Made by a program: the position numbers and the translations under genes
Assembly: GCA_964019335.1 (NCBI GenBank)
Contig: OZ025665.1
Coordinates: 558,001 to 622,000 of the forward strand
Length of the DNA: 64,000 nucleotides
Origin: Diplonema japonicum
Taxonomy: Eukaryota; Protista; Euglenozoa: Diplonemea
Direction of reading: 5' to 3'
In this document: positions 9,753 to 20,266 of the stretch, in pieces
How positions within the stretch are numbered: position 1 is the stretch's first letter
How the letters are laid out: the number at the start of each line of letters is the position of its first letter
The notes under the pieces: model-generated
Seen by the model: the letters and a program-made list of their open reading frames with translations, nothing else
Databases searched by the model: none
Told to the model about the DNA's origin: nothing

Positions 9753-12700
9753 TCAAACCGGCTTCTCAGATTCTGTTTTTTTGTTTTTGTTTTTGTTTTT
9801 GTTCCCCCGACTTTTCAAGCAAATTGAATGAAAGTTGACGCTAGTCCCTATTAAAAAAAGAAATTAATCAGTGTCCTCGGAAATGAATAGGCTGCAGCAT
9901 CGCTGACCGTCTTACTTGTCGCTATTAAACACGGACCAAGATGTGAAATCATCATATTATTCTTCTTGTGGTGAGAGAAAGAAAAAGGGGGAGGAATCTC
10001 AGAATTCTTTTTGGTTTTAATTGAGAAGTATAGTCCGCCATCAGTCCTTCTTGGAAAGGGCCGTCGCAGTGCGAATATTCACCGTTTATGTGGAAAACAA
10101 GGGCGTAGTGGAAGGGGGTTCAAAACTGGATCAGTATATTGTTGTTGTTTAGGTTGATAAGTAGAATTGTAGTTTACCACTCGTCTTTCCCAAGAGGAAA
10201 AGGCGTCGTAAGTAGCGAATATTCTTACTGATCATCATTTGGCTAAAATGGCACAAACAAAAAAAAAAAAGATGGTTTCAGTGTCCTCGGAAATGAATAG
10301 GCTGCAGCATCGCTGACCGTCTTACTTGTCGCTATTAAACACGGACCAAGATATGAAATCATCATTTTTTATCGCTTTCTTCCCGAAATCCCAACCAAGT
10401 TTGAAGGGATAAAAAAAAATCTCGATGTTCAGTGTCCTGTTTGCTCAAGGCAATCGAAGCATTGTGGCCCTCTTAAAAGCCGCTCTTAACACCAGTCAGA
10501 AAGGATATTGTCATCACAACACATTCCATTTCCCCCCCCTTGTGGGTTGCCTTGTTGGAGGATCAGTATATTGTTGTTGTTTAGGTTGATAAGTAGAATT
10601 GTAGTTTACCACTCGTCTTTCCCAAGAGGAAAAGGCGTCGTAAGTAGCGAATATTCTTACTGATCATCATTTGGCTATGATAGCTGGGGTGGGATGGCGC
10701 AAACGATGGTTTCAGTGTCCTCGGAAATGAATAGGCTGCAGCATCGCTGACCGTCTTACTTGTCGCTATTAAACACGGACCAAGATGTGAAATCATCATT
10801 TTCTTTTATCGTTTTCTCCCCAAAATTCCCAGTTTGAAGAGATAAAAAAAAATCTCGATGTTCAGTGTGGCGGGGGCGCTGAGACACGACAGTAACTAAG
10901 GAAAACAGGAAAAGAAACTGGAGGCAGCAAAAAACAAATAGTTTCAGTGTCCTCGGAAATGAATAGGCTGCAGCATCGCTGACCGTCTTACTTGTCGCTA
11001 TTAAACACGGACCAAGATATGAAATCATCATTTTTTTCTTCTCTTTTCTTTTCCCGGGGGGGGCGAAGAAGAACACGGATCAGTACTTAGTTGTTGTTTA
11101 GGTTGATAAGTAGAATTGTAGTTTACCACTCGTCTTTCCCAAGAGGAAAAGGCGTCGTAAGTAGCGAATATTCTTACTGATCATCATTTGGCTAAAATGG
11201 CACAAACGAAAAAAAAAAAAAGATGGTTTCAGTGTCCTCGGAAATGAATAGGCTGCAGCATCGCTGACCGTCTTACTTGTCGCTATTAAACACGGACCAA
11301 GATGTGAAATCATCATGAGAGAAGACTTGAAGAGTAAGGGGGGGGATCAGAATTCTTTGGTTGAGAAGTATAGTCCGCCATCAGTCCTTCTTGGAAAGGG
11401 CCGTCGCAGTGCGAATATTCATTTTACTGGTCATCATGGATATTTTGGTAAACAAGAAAAAAATATAAGAGACAAAGGAGGGTCAAATTAAAATAAACCC
11501 GATGCCACACGAACTCCACGTGAGAGCTGCAAGGGGATCAGTGTCCTCGGAAATGAATAGGCTGCAGCATCGCTGACCGTCTTACTTGTCGCTATTAAAC
11601 ACGGACCAAGATGTGAAATCATCATTTTCTTTTAGAAAAAAAGAGAGAAGACTGCCGGGAAAAAAAAAATTCAGAATTCTTTGGTTGAGAAGTATAGTCC
11701 GCCATCAGTCCTTCTTGGAAAGGGCCGTCGCAGTGCGAATATTCATTTTACTGGTCATCATGGATATTTTGGTCAACAAGTAAAAAAAAAAGAGTAATGC
11801 GCTGCAAGGGGGGATCAGTGTCCTCGGAAATGAATAGGCTGCAGCATCGCTGACCGTCTTACTTGTCGCTATTAAACACGGACCAAGATATGAAATCATC
11901 ATTTCCCCCTCTTTTTGTTGCATCACACGAAAAAAGAACACGGATCAGTATATTGTTGTTGTTTAGGTTGATAAGTAGAATTGTAGTTTACCACTCGTCT
12001 TTCCCAAGAGGAAAAGGCGTCGTAAGTAGCGAATATTCTTACTGATCATCATTTGGCTATGATAGCTGGGGTAAAAATGGCACAGACAAAAAACAAAAAC
12101 GAAAAGATGGTTTCAGTGTCCTCGGAAATGAATAGGCTGCAGCATCGCTGACCGTCTTACTTGTCGCTATTAAACACGGACCAAGATGTGAAATCATCAT
12201 ACCTTTTTTATCGGATTCGGGTTCACTTTTTTTTGCGTCTTTCACACGTTTTGCTTCGAATGCTTGATTGGCCGACGTGAACAAGTCTTTAACGTCCTCC
12301 TTCTCGGCCACCCTGCGGGTCGGCAGGACAGCCATAAAGGCTGCGTCCCAAGACTTACTGATCTGGAACTGTGTCAAGATCTCCACCACGTGGTTTGTTG
12401 TCAATGTCTTGCATATTTCTATCTTCTCCACATTTGCCTTTGTCAGGAAGTCATCTAAGGGGAGCTTTGCATGTCCGATTCCCAGAGCGGTGGCTTTCTT
12501 CAAGGTGATGCCCTTGCACCGGTTGCGATCAACGATACCGCCAATAACGTAGTTGACACCGGGTTTAATGGTTTCCAAAGTGTTGGGAGAATCTCCTGTC
12601 AGGTAAATTGTGTTGGTTTCGTCAAGGGGCAAATATTTATCGATTCTCTCCGCAGTTTCAGTGAGCTTCCAGTTTGAAAAATTCTGTCTTTCGTTCAGGC

Positions 12701-13211
12701 AGGACCTGACACGACCCTTCTCGGACAACCCTGCCAGGGTGAGCCAGCAAGGTAGGCCTGCTTTGCGGAGATAAGCATGTGATAAAGAAACCTGTTGTGC
12801 TAGTGATTTCATAGCCTTCTCATCCATTTCTTTTTCGAAATCCATGTCGATGACCAGCTGAGGGCGTGCGGTTTTGTTATCGCAAGCTTCTTGAATAGCC
12901 TTTTCCAGGTCTTCTTTTTCCTTTAGTTTTCGTGTCCATGATTCTCCCGCTGCTTTTCTGACAGCGTCCTGTTCCTCTTCCGTCATCTTTTTCCAGACTT
13001 CTTCTTTTTCTTCTTTTATCTTTCGTCTTTTGTTTCTTTGGCGTTCCTTGTGCACGGCCTTTCGTTTTTCCCAGTGTTCCTTAATGCCTTCCACGCCACC
13101 GTATCTTGCCAGCCGCTTCTGCTGTTTCTTCGAGAGAACAGGTGGAGCATCTTTCTCCTCTGTTGTTGAGGCAGGCAATGCAGCCTCTTCTGCAGGTTTT
13201 TTTTCTTCAGA

Positions 13212-13214
<3 letters not shown>
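9753..13214 (-). CDS. TRM10: tRNA m1G9 methyltransferase TRM10 (exons 13214-12203 and 9772-9753); host gene of snoRNA array 1
   Basis: Motifs IDMDFEKEM, YLTGDSPNTL, YVIGGIVDRN, LPL and LTTNHVVEIL. The ORF-track tail MMISHLG... is snoRNA sequence. Donor G|GTATGA at 12202 and acceptor AAAACAG| at 9773 give the in-frame ending ...SDKKESEKPV*. The last exon is an inference. Confidence 0.88.
10429..10517 (-). ncRNA. snoRNA unit D (89 nt), box C/D RNA with unrecognised target; 5 copies (10429, 25073, 25672, 26260, 54818)
   Basis: GTGATGA...CCTTTCTGACTGGTG...TTGAGCAAACAGGACA-CTGA. Sequence conservation between copies is highest from box C to box D. Confidence 0.8.
11347..11437 (-). ncRNA. snoRNA unit C (91 nt), paralog of unit B with an altered guide; 3 intact copies (11347, 11671, 54190) plus 1 truncated
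   Basis: ATGATGA-CCAGTAAAA-TGAATATTCGCACT-GCGA...hairpin...CTGATGG(C')...CTGA; colinear with unit B. Confidence 0.8.
11945..12052 (-). ncRNA. U24: snoRNA unit B (108 nt), U24-like box C/D guide; 13 copies in the window
   Basis: ATGATGA...GAATATTCGCTACT-T-ACGA(D')...hairpin...CTGA. The guide is antisense to LSU AGTAGC(G/A)AATATTC, and the spacing to D' matches the yeast U24 5' guide as recalled (Am1449-equivalent site). Confidence 0.85.
12113..12200 (-). ncRNA. U18: snoRNA unit A (88 nt), U18-like box C/D guide; 18 copies in the window
   Basis: ATGATGA...CTTGGTCCGTGTTT...CTGA. The guide is antisense to the conserved LSU rRNA AAACACGGACCAAG, the segment targeted by U18/snR18. The D' box is degenerate. 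Confidence 0.85.
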
Positions 13215-13242
<28 letters not shown>

Positions 13243-13977
13243 CCTTTTTTTTTTTCCCCCTTTTGTTTTGGTGGTAATATGTTATGTGAACAAATGTTTA
13301 TAAAGAAAAAAAAAAACAATTCACGATGATTTTTTTTTTTGGGAAAGGGAGAGCGAGAACATGTTAATAACAAAAAAAAAATAAAAAAAATGGAATTTTA
13401 TTTCTTTCCGATAAAAAAAAACAGTTTTGGTGGATACTCTTTTTTTTTTTTTTTTTCTATTCTTCCCTCCTAGTATTTGAAGTGCCCAGGGGCTCTTTCT
13501 AACCAGACGGAGACAAGAGGGGAAATGGGGGGGGGGGGGGGGGGGATGAACGACGGAGATGAGGCGAAAAGAATAAAGAAAGAACAGAAAGAAAAAAAAA
13601 AACTGGAAATAAAATAAAGTATAAGTTGAGCGACATATTTCCTCTCCCCTTCACCCGCCACCCCATTTTTTTTTCTTCTTTTTTTTCGTTGATCACCCCC
13701 CCCCAAAAAAAAGGAAAAAAGAAGAAAACACGGGGACACACACCTAAAATCAAAAAAAAAAGAACAATAAAAGAACGCCTCGCGCTTTACATTTTGTGTT
13801 TTTTTTGTTTTTTTTTTATCAATTGCTGGACACACGGGAAAAAAAAAAAAAAAAAAGAAGGAAAAAAAAAAAAGAAAAAAAAAAAAAAAAAAAGATAGAT
13901 ACGATTGGAGAGAAGCGTTCACAAATGACCTCACAAAAAATAAAGGAAAAAAAAAAAAAAATAAAAAATAAAAAAAA

Positions 13978-16793
13978 TTAGATTACCGAAATCAAGTGCT
14001 CCACTGGAGTTTCGTAACAGTCCTCGCCCGGTTGGTTGTCAGGGGAAAGATCAAGAGTAGCAGTTGTGGACGTGAGGTCAACCAACATAGCGGTCTCTGT
14101 AGTGGTGGTCCAGGAGGAAGGGGTAAGCTCGGCTTCACAGGAGAAGGCGACAGTGGTACCAGTACGGAACGTGGTGTCGATCTTTTTGAGGTTCTTTGTA
14201 GGAATTTTGAAGAGAGCACTGTCCGCCTCGTCCCACTTTATGGTGGCGCTGCCTTCCTCAAGCGCATCGATTGTACCTATGTCAACAGACGGTATCCATG
14301 AACCATCCTCAAGCTCCTTTTCGTAATTAACGATGACCCTTGCACCGATCTTGAAGTCCTCTCCAACGATCTCAGATACGAACTTTACATGTTCTAAACC
14401 ACAGGTGTACACCTCCCCACCATCTGTCCATCGAACTGTTACCTTGTTGTCTGCCTCATGAACGTCGACTATCTCGGCCTCCGACTGCTGCCCCTCCCAG
14501 GCCCCTTCGTCGTTCTGTTGGTCATATGACACAGAGACGATATGCCCTTCTGCTGGTTCGTATGTGAAGTCTCTGGACTCTGCACTGACGCTGTCGTCGT
14601 CGGAGGCGGAGGAGGAGCCCACAGGGCGGACGAAGTCAAGGGAGCACCTGTACAAGCTGCCGTCGTCCTCCCAATCGACCACCGCTTCGTTGGCTTCAAT
14701 TGCGTGAAGCTTTGCGATTTCTTCCTTCAGCTCCCAGTCGCCTGTCTCTGTTTCGACTTCGATCTTCACGTGTACCTGTTTGCCGACCTGTAGCTTCGAG
14801 TGGTCTTCGTTCTCGGCTGCCACCTGCTTCTCGACAGTGTTGACGGGTGCGAGGTACGATGGTGACCCGTCGCCCCACTCGACCTCCACCATGCCTTCCG
14901 TCATTTTTATTACCGTCCCCACGCTGTGCGCCATGTTCCATTCCCCGTTCGGTTCTTCCTTCTCGTAGCTCACCTTCACCGTCTCGCCCGCCACGAAGGG
15001 TGGCCGTTCCTGATCGATGATCTTCCTGACGTGTCCTTTTTCTATTTTGAACAGCGGCGACCCGTCGTTCCAGTCCACCACCACAAGGTGTCCCTCCTCG
15101 TGCACGACTTTCCCCTCGGCGTAGCACTCCTTCCATACCCCGTCCGCTTGTTCCGCTTCGTACGTCACCTCGACCTTGTCCCCCGGGGAGAAGGTTGTTT
15201 TCTCCGTTGCTGCTGGAAGGTCGTCCGCGACCTCCACCCTGTCCTCCATCCCAGCCAGACGCCGCACCACCCACTCCACAGCGTTGGCGGCGATCTGCAG
15301 TATGTTCCCCACGTTGACACGGTTGTAGAGCTCGTTGTTAGTGTGGTACAGTCTGTTGATGAAGAAGAAGTAGGTGAAGATGCACCACAATGCAGGGGCG
15401 AGGGGCGGCGTCGGGACGAAGAGAAGGATGAGGAAGAAGAGGATGGCGCGCTTCAAGACGGACTCGGCAGTGTGCTGGCGCTGCCAAGAGATCACCTGGT
15501 GATAGACGACAGCCTTGTCGGCAGCCAGCCCGACGTACGGCGCCATGTTGTTAGTGGACGTCTTCAGCTCCTCGGCGGTGGGCTTCGTGTACTCGAAGTC
15601 AACGCCGTCCTCAGGCTCAGACAGGTCGGAGGTCGTCTGGTGCGACATGTACGAGAGGCGTGACTGCGCGGTCGACCGAATGGACTCAGGGCGTGTTCTT
15701 GTAACCACACCTGCGACAGTGTTCCCAAGGGTACCGACCGCTCCTGCTACGTTCCCTACAGCACCTGCGGCAACACCTGCAACATTGCCCACGGCGCCTG
15801 TCAGGACGCCTGCCACGTTACCAACAGCACCGACGGCCTTCCCGATGAAGCGCTTCTCGAAGACTTTGGTGTCTACGCCAAAGAAGACCTGGAAGCACGC
15901 CGGGGACTGCAGGAAGAGGAACGGGTTCTGTTTTTCGTCGTGGTCCTCCCGTTTGTACGAAGCACCCCGCCGGAACAGCACCAGAAGGACGGCAGGGAGC
16001 GCCGCCCGCGACAACCTTTCAGCGATAAAATACGGAACGTAGCCAAGAATGGCAACCATGGTCACAGCAGCGAAGATAGCCATGCGGTGGTCGTCAATGA
16101 GGACGACTTGCTTCTCAGTGGTGCCCCCCTCCCCTTCCTCATATACTATCTTGTATCCGGAAATGTGGTCGCGAAGCCACAGCAATGGTGCGGTGAAGTT
16201 CCTTGCGTGGATTGCTAGGCGAGCGAGATCGCGTTCAATGATGTCTAGGTCTGCGGTGCCGGATTTCTTCTTGGCGGGTTTTCCGACGGTTTTGTTTTCT
16301 AGCTGGTCGAGCAGATGGTCGGACGCGAGGTACTTCGACAGTGCGAAGTACGTGTGAGAATAATCGATCTTCACTTCCCCCATCCCGCCGTACTTCTCAA
16401 GCAGAGCCTTGTCATCGGCGTTATCAGGACGTGGTTTCAAGGGGAGCCAGATGCTGTCGGAGTTTGGGAGACCTGCGCCGAAGGTGAGCTCGGCCATTCC
16501 CATGAAATCGTTTGACCCTACCTTGTCGTGGTCATAGACAGTGATCGTCACCTTGTTCACCTTGTTCTTGTGAAGGAACACAAAGGACTCTGCGTCCCAC
16601 TTTGGGTTCAACGTTCGCGCGCACACTTTTGTTTGCTTTTCTTCGTTTTGAAACTTCACCTTCACGAATGGGTCACTGTACCCAGCTTTTTTTTTTAAAT
16701 TTTAATTTTTTTTTTTTTTTTCCGATACATACTTGTGTCCATTGGGATCATCTGTCTCCCTTCGATCACCCTGATGCGAAGCGACCCTGACAT
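13978..16793 (-). CDS. C2-domain multi-transmembrane protein with C-terminal tandem Tudor/SH3-like barrel repeats (one intron near 16731-16677)
   Basis: Exon 1 MSGSLRIRVIEGRQMIPMDT joins DPFVKVKF...TLNPKWD...VYDHDKVGSNDFMG (Ca-binding C2). Hydrophobic segments follow, then about 6-7 repeats of G..V.V.YE.E..DG.W...V.V.W.DGS..Y. Confidence 0.8.
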
Positions 16794-16810
16794 TTTTCTT
16801 TTCTTTCTTT

Positions 16811-16850
<40 letters not shown>

Positions 16851-16966
16851 TGCCTCTCTCTCCCTCCCCTCCTTTTTTTTTTTTTTTTGTATTTGTTTTG
16901 AAGGGACGACATCAAACAAGAAGAAACACACTACAAACAGGTAAAAAAAATATATTGACACTCATA

Positions 16967-17917
16967 TCAGTATGGAATAGGCCCCCAAGGCGCGTGTTTG
17001 AACCCTGCCACCTGTTTTATCGAGTTGTTAAACACATCGAGATACAGGTACCTGTCCTCGGAGAATTGTTTGCACCAGTGTTTCAAAAGTGGGTCGGTGA
17101 GGAGTAGCTGTTCCGCAGGTGTGGTTCTGATAGACTCATCCTCAGGGTGGTGGGAATAGGTGGGGGTGTGGACCCAATTGGTCTCGAGAAGACTTTTATA
17201 GTACGAGTTGGATAGAAGTGGTCTACTTTTCTGAGCGGGACAGAGGGAAGGGGCTACACTATGTGCACTCATCAGAGCAACTATATTCTGGTCATGAAGA
17301 CCCTTTTTGTAGAAGAACCGTCGAAATTCGTCAGTGCTGGACACCTCCATGCCTTCTACAAGATCAGCGACATCTGGCTGTATGTCGGTCCCTTCAGGCC
17401 TCCCGTACTTAAATGGTACTTCGGGGCCCCCTAACACCTGAACGGCAACACAGCTCGAGAGGACCCATAGGTCGGGTGTGGAAATGTTAGGGTGGGCCTT
17501 GTGGAGTTCATCTAATTTTTCCAGTAAACCGTCGAATTTTTTGGTATGCTCATGTGTTGGAAGGTGTCCTGAGAGGCCGTGTGCGGTCTCCTGTGGTCTT
17601 CGATACCGGAAGGAGGAGTTGCCCACCCAGAGTAGTTTTAAGGCGAGGGGTGCCATTTCGGGGTTGCGGCTGAATATCTCGTCGAGATCCTCGTGGAGCT
17701 GCAGGGCGTCAAAGGGGGCCAGTGCCTCGTCACCTTCGTTGAGCTCGCCCTTGACAATCCACACTGCAGCCGCCATCATCCCTCCACCTATAACTACTGT
17801 TGTCGTAAACATGTCCCATTCCGCGTGCTGTGAAGGCAGCTTTTGCTTGAACCTTCTTTGAACTCCTATTTTCCCCACTCTGGTCGCTGCGGCCCGCCGC
17901 GCTAAACTAGACAACAT
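16967..17917 (-). CDS. Class I heme peroxidase-like (APX/CCP family) mitochondrial protein, probably catalytically divergent
   Basis: Arg-rich presequence MLSSLARRAAATR, a TM helix, ISTPDLWVL, LGGPEVPFKYGR, IVALMSAHSV, LSNSYYKSLL and LLTDP. Confidence 0.8.
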   Translation of the reverse strand: MLSSLARRAAATRVGKIGVQRRFKQKLPSQHAEWDMFTTTVVIGGGMMAAAVWIVKGELNEGDEALAPFDALQLHEDLDEIFSRNPEMAPLALKLLWVGNSSFRYRRPQETAHGLSGHLPTHEHTKKFDGLLEKLDELHKAHPNISTPDLWVLSSCVAVQVLGGPEVPFKYGRPEGTDIQPDVADLVEGMEVSSTDEFRRFFYKKGLHDQNIVALMSAHSVAPSLCPAQKSRPLLSNSYYKSLLETNWVHTPTYSHHPEDESIRTTPAEQLLLTDPLLKHWCKQFSEDRYLYLDVFNNSIKQVAGFKHAPWGPIPY

Positions 17918-18108
17918 GTGTCCCCCCTTTTTTTTTTCCACTTTGAGAATGTAGAGTTGCAAAACGGAGGGGGGGGGGACGAAGAGGAACGAAAAAAAAA
18001 TAATAAACACTCAGGAGACACTTTACAAAACTGATTTGTCTGTTTTTTTTTTTTTTTTTTTTTTCTTCTCCCCCTTTAAAAAAAAAAAAAAAAAGAAAGG
18101 AAAAACCT

Positions 18109-18465
18109 CTAGTACGGCCCGTATCTAGGTGGCGGCATCATCCCGCCCCTTCCGGGCGGCGGCAACATCACTGGCGCACCCTTGCCAGCAATGATCGGGT
18201 TTCCTTTGAACCCACCCTTCCCACCAATGGGTGCACCGGCAGCCAGGAGGCCGGGGAGAGGTGGCTGTGAAGATTTTTTTTCTCTTTTTTTTTCCCATAC
18301 TCGGAGAGGCATTCCCATATTGAGCCCGTAGTCGAGGCGAACAAAGGCGGGTTGAGGAGTTCCAGGCGCTGGGTTTTTGTGGCAAATTTGGAGCTTCAAC
18401 CCTCGCCAGTTCAACCCGTTCTTTTTAAGCCCTGCCTCTGCACCGTCCAGGTCCTAAGAGGATTT

Positions 18466-18496
<31 letters not shown>

Positions 18497-18849
18497 GCCC
18501 GTACCGAAAATTCAACGTACGCGAAGCCGCCTGGCAGAGATGTGAAGGAATCGGTGTGTATGCTGATTTTTTCAACTTTTCCGCAGTTTTGGAAAATCAT
18601 GAAATAGAGCTCGTCGGGCTGGGTGGAGAGATCGACCTGGCCCACGTACAACGTCCGCTTCTCGGGGTCTTTGTTCCACACAATTTTTTTCAACTGCGCA
18701 AGCTCGTCCTCCCGACTCTTCACCCGCGACTTCAACATTTCAATGTGCTCATCAAGCGAATCTTCACTCTCGTGCCCGTCGTCATCCTCCACAATCTCAC
18801 CACCAAGCACGTCATCTGTTTTCTCGATCTTCACCTGCGTTTCTGTCAT
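18109..18849 (-). CDS. PABPN1: Nuclear poly(A)-binding protein 2-like single-RRM protein (spliced)
   Basis: Acidic N-terminus, coiled coil, RRM RTLYVGQVD...CGKVEKISIHTDSFTSLPGGFAYVEF, and a G/P/R-rich tail ending RYGPY. Confidence 0.75.
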
Positions 18850-18912
18850 TTTTTTTTTTTCCTTTCCCCCCCTCGCTTCCTATTTTTTTTTTTTTTTTTC
18901 TTGGACGGCGGG

Positions 18913-18946
<34 letters not shown>

Positions 18947-18970
18947 AGAAGAAGATGCTGAACAGCCCCT

Positions 18971-20266
18971 CTAATCCTTTTGCACCGCGACCTTTGCAAG
19001 CTTCATGGCTGCCTCGTCCAATTTCCCGCTTTTGAACAGTTCTGGGTAAACGTGTTTGATAACCCCTTGCCAGCTGGGGTTCTGCACGTAGAGATAGAGC
19101 ATCGATTCGAGCGTCTGCTTCTTGACGACATTTTCGGACGTGGCGTCTAAGAGCTTGCAGACCTCACGTGGGGTGTCGAGCCTGAGAAGGCGTCGTAGTA
19201 ACGGTTCCGTGACCTTGTCGAGAAAGAGGTGCGAGAAGATGTTTTTTATGGCGGTGCGAAGACGCTTGTGCATCGCGTAGACCTTGATGAAACTGTTGAT
19301 CTGGATGTTGTTCATCCCGAGAAAGGTTTCCGGCTGCGTTGTGAAAAGATCACCGATCTCATGGTGATGCTCTTCCCCAACAGACTCCACAAGCTTCAAT
19401 ACAGCAGCTCTTTTAAGCCCATCAAGATTGTGCTCCACCGTAATACTGTCCACCACCGAAACCTTGTCAGAGAAGCAATCATCGAGAAGTGCATCATCAT
19501 CGTAGTGATCATCAATGTTTAGCTCTCCCAGTTTTTCAACGTTTTTGACTTCGATTTTGTCGGTTCTCCTTTTTTTTTTTTCGGGTTGTTTGGCGGGGGT
19601 TTCGGGGGATTTGTTTTTTGCTCGTTGGATGCTTCCTTTTCCCTTTGAAGGCTCTGCGGCAACGTGGGTCACGGTGGTGGTGGGTAGTTTATCTCTTCGA
19701 GCCTCCTTGTGCATTCTTTCCAGTGTTCTGTGATCGGTCGTACGTTGGAAAACCGCAGATTCTTTTTCTACAGGAATATCAGTGTCAAGGATGTTCCGAA
19801 CAGATTTCCTCCCCCGGCCAGTGTGGCTGTTCGTGTGGCTGGGAAATACAACAGATATTGCTGCAATGCCACTGCTCACAGCATCTTTAACAGCCTTGTT
19901 GATGTCTCGTTTGTTGGTGACAAGCGTTCCGTTGATACTCGTTATGATACAGCCTGCTACAATCCCAGCGTCGTATAAGGGTGATCCTGGCTCGACTCTT
20001 TTGACTTTAGTGCCTATGACTTCTCCGCCCAGGTGGGGGGTATCACCTATTGCCACTGTTACAATTCTCTCGTTGGTTTTGCTTTGTTTTTGCTCTTCGG
20101 GTTCTTCTGTTTTTTTTGGTGCGGGGGTTGTTGTTTCGTTCGGTGTATTGCTACTTGTGATCACCCATTCTCCGTTAGCGCAACCCAACGGTACGTTAAC
20201 TTCACGGCTACCCACGAGCTTTTCGTGTAGTCTGTCGACAAACACACAGAATTCTGGGTCTTTCAT
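18971..20266 (-). CDS. Hypothetical protein with a PDZ-like domain
   Basis: 431-aa ORF; VKRVEPGSPLYDAGIVAGCIITSING is PDZ-like. Confidence 0.7.
   Translation of the reverse strand: MKDPEFCVFVDRLHEKLVGSREVNVPLGCANGEWVITSSNTPNETTTPAPKKTEEPEEQKQSKTNERIVTVAIGDTPHLGGEVIGTKVKRVEPGSPLYDAGIVAGCIITSINGTLVTNKRDINKAVKDAVSSGIAAISVVFPSHTNSHTGRGRKSVRNILDTDIPVEKESAVFQRTTDHRTLERMHKEARRDKLPTTTVTHVAAEPSKGKGSIQRAKNKSPETPAKQPEKKKRRTDKIEVKNVEKLGELNIDDHYDDDALLDDCFSDKVSVVDSITVEHNLDGLKRAAVLKLVESVGEEHHHEIGDLFTTQPETFLGMNNIQINSFIKVYAMHKRLRTAIKNIFSHLFLDKVTEPLLRRLLRLDTPREVCKLLDATSENVVKKQTLESMLYLYVQNPSWQGVIKHVYPELFKSGKLDEAAMKLAKVAVQKD

Larger units (their letters stand above)
9868..12200 (-). ncRNA. Intronic polycistronic box C/D snoRNA array 1 (8 A, 4 B, 2 C plus 1 truncated C, 1 D) in TRM10 intron 12202-9773
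   Basis: Each unit reads RTGATGA...CTGA on the minus strand. Plus-strand left ends: A 9868, 10278, 10712, 10944, 11229, 11538, 11815, 12113; B 10131, 10563, 11080, 11945; C 11347, 11671, and 9999 (lacks box C); D 10429. Confidence 0.92.

Noticed and set aside
9903-9940. LSU rRNA gene fragments (AAACACGGACCAAG)
   Set aside because: Only 9-14 nt matches, explained as the complement of snoRNA guide elements.
10581-11941. Repeated small ORF family MMIS(H/Y)LGPCLIATSK... (also 25386, 25974, 26412, 53402, 55463, 55802)
   Set aside because: The ATG ATG is box C of snoRNA unit A. C-termini vary arbitrarily with the spacer, so these are translation artefacts.
9868-12200. CRISPR-like repeat/spacer array
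   Set aside because: Units are 88-108 nt, of four types, bounded by C/D boxes with rRNA antisense elements. Spacers are themselves repeated, there are no cas genes and the context is eukaryotic.
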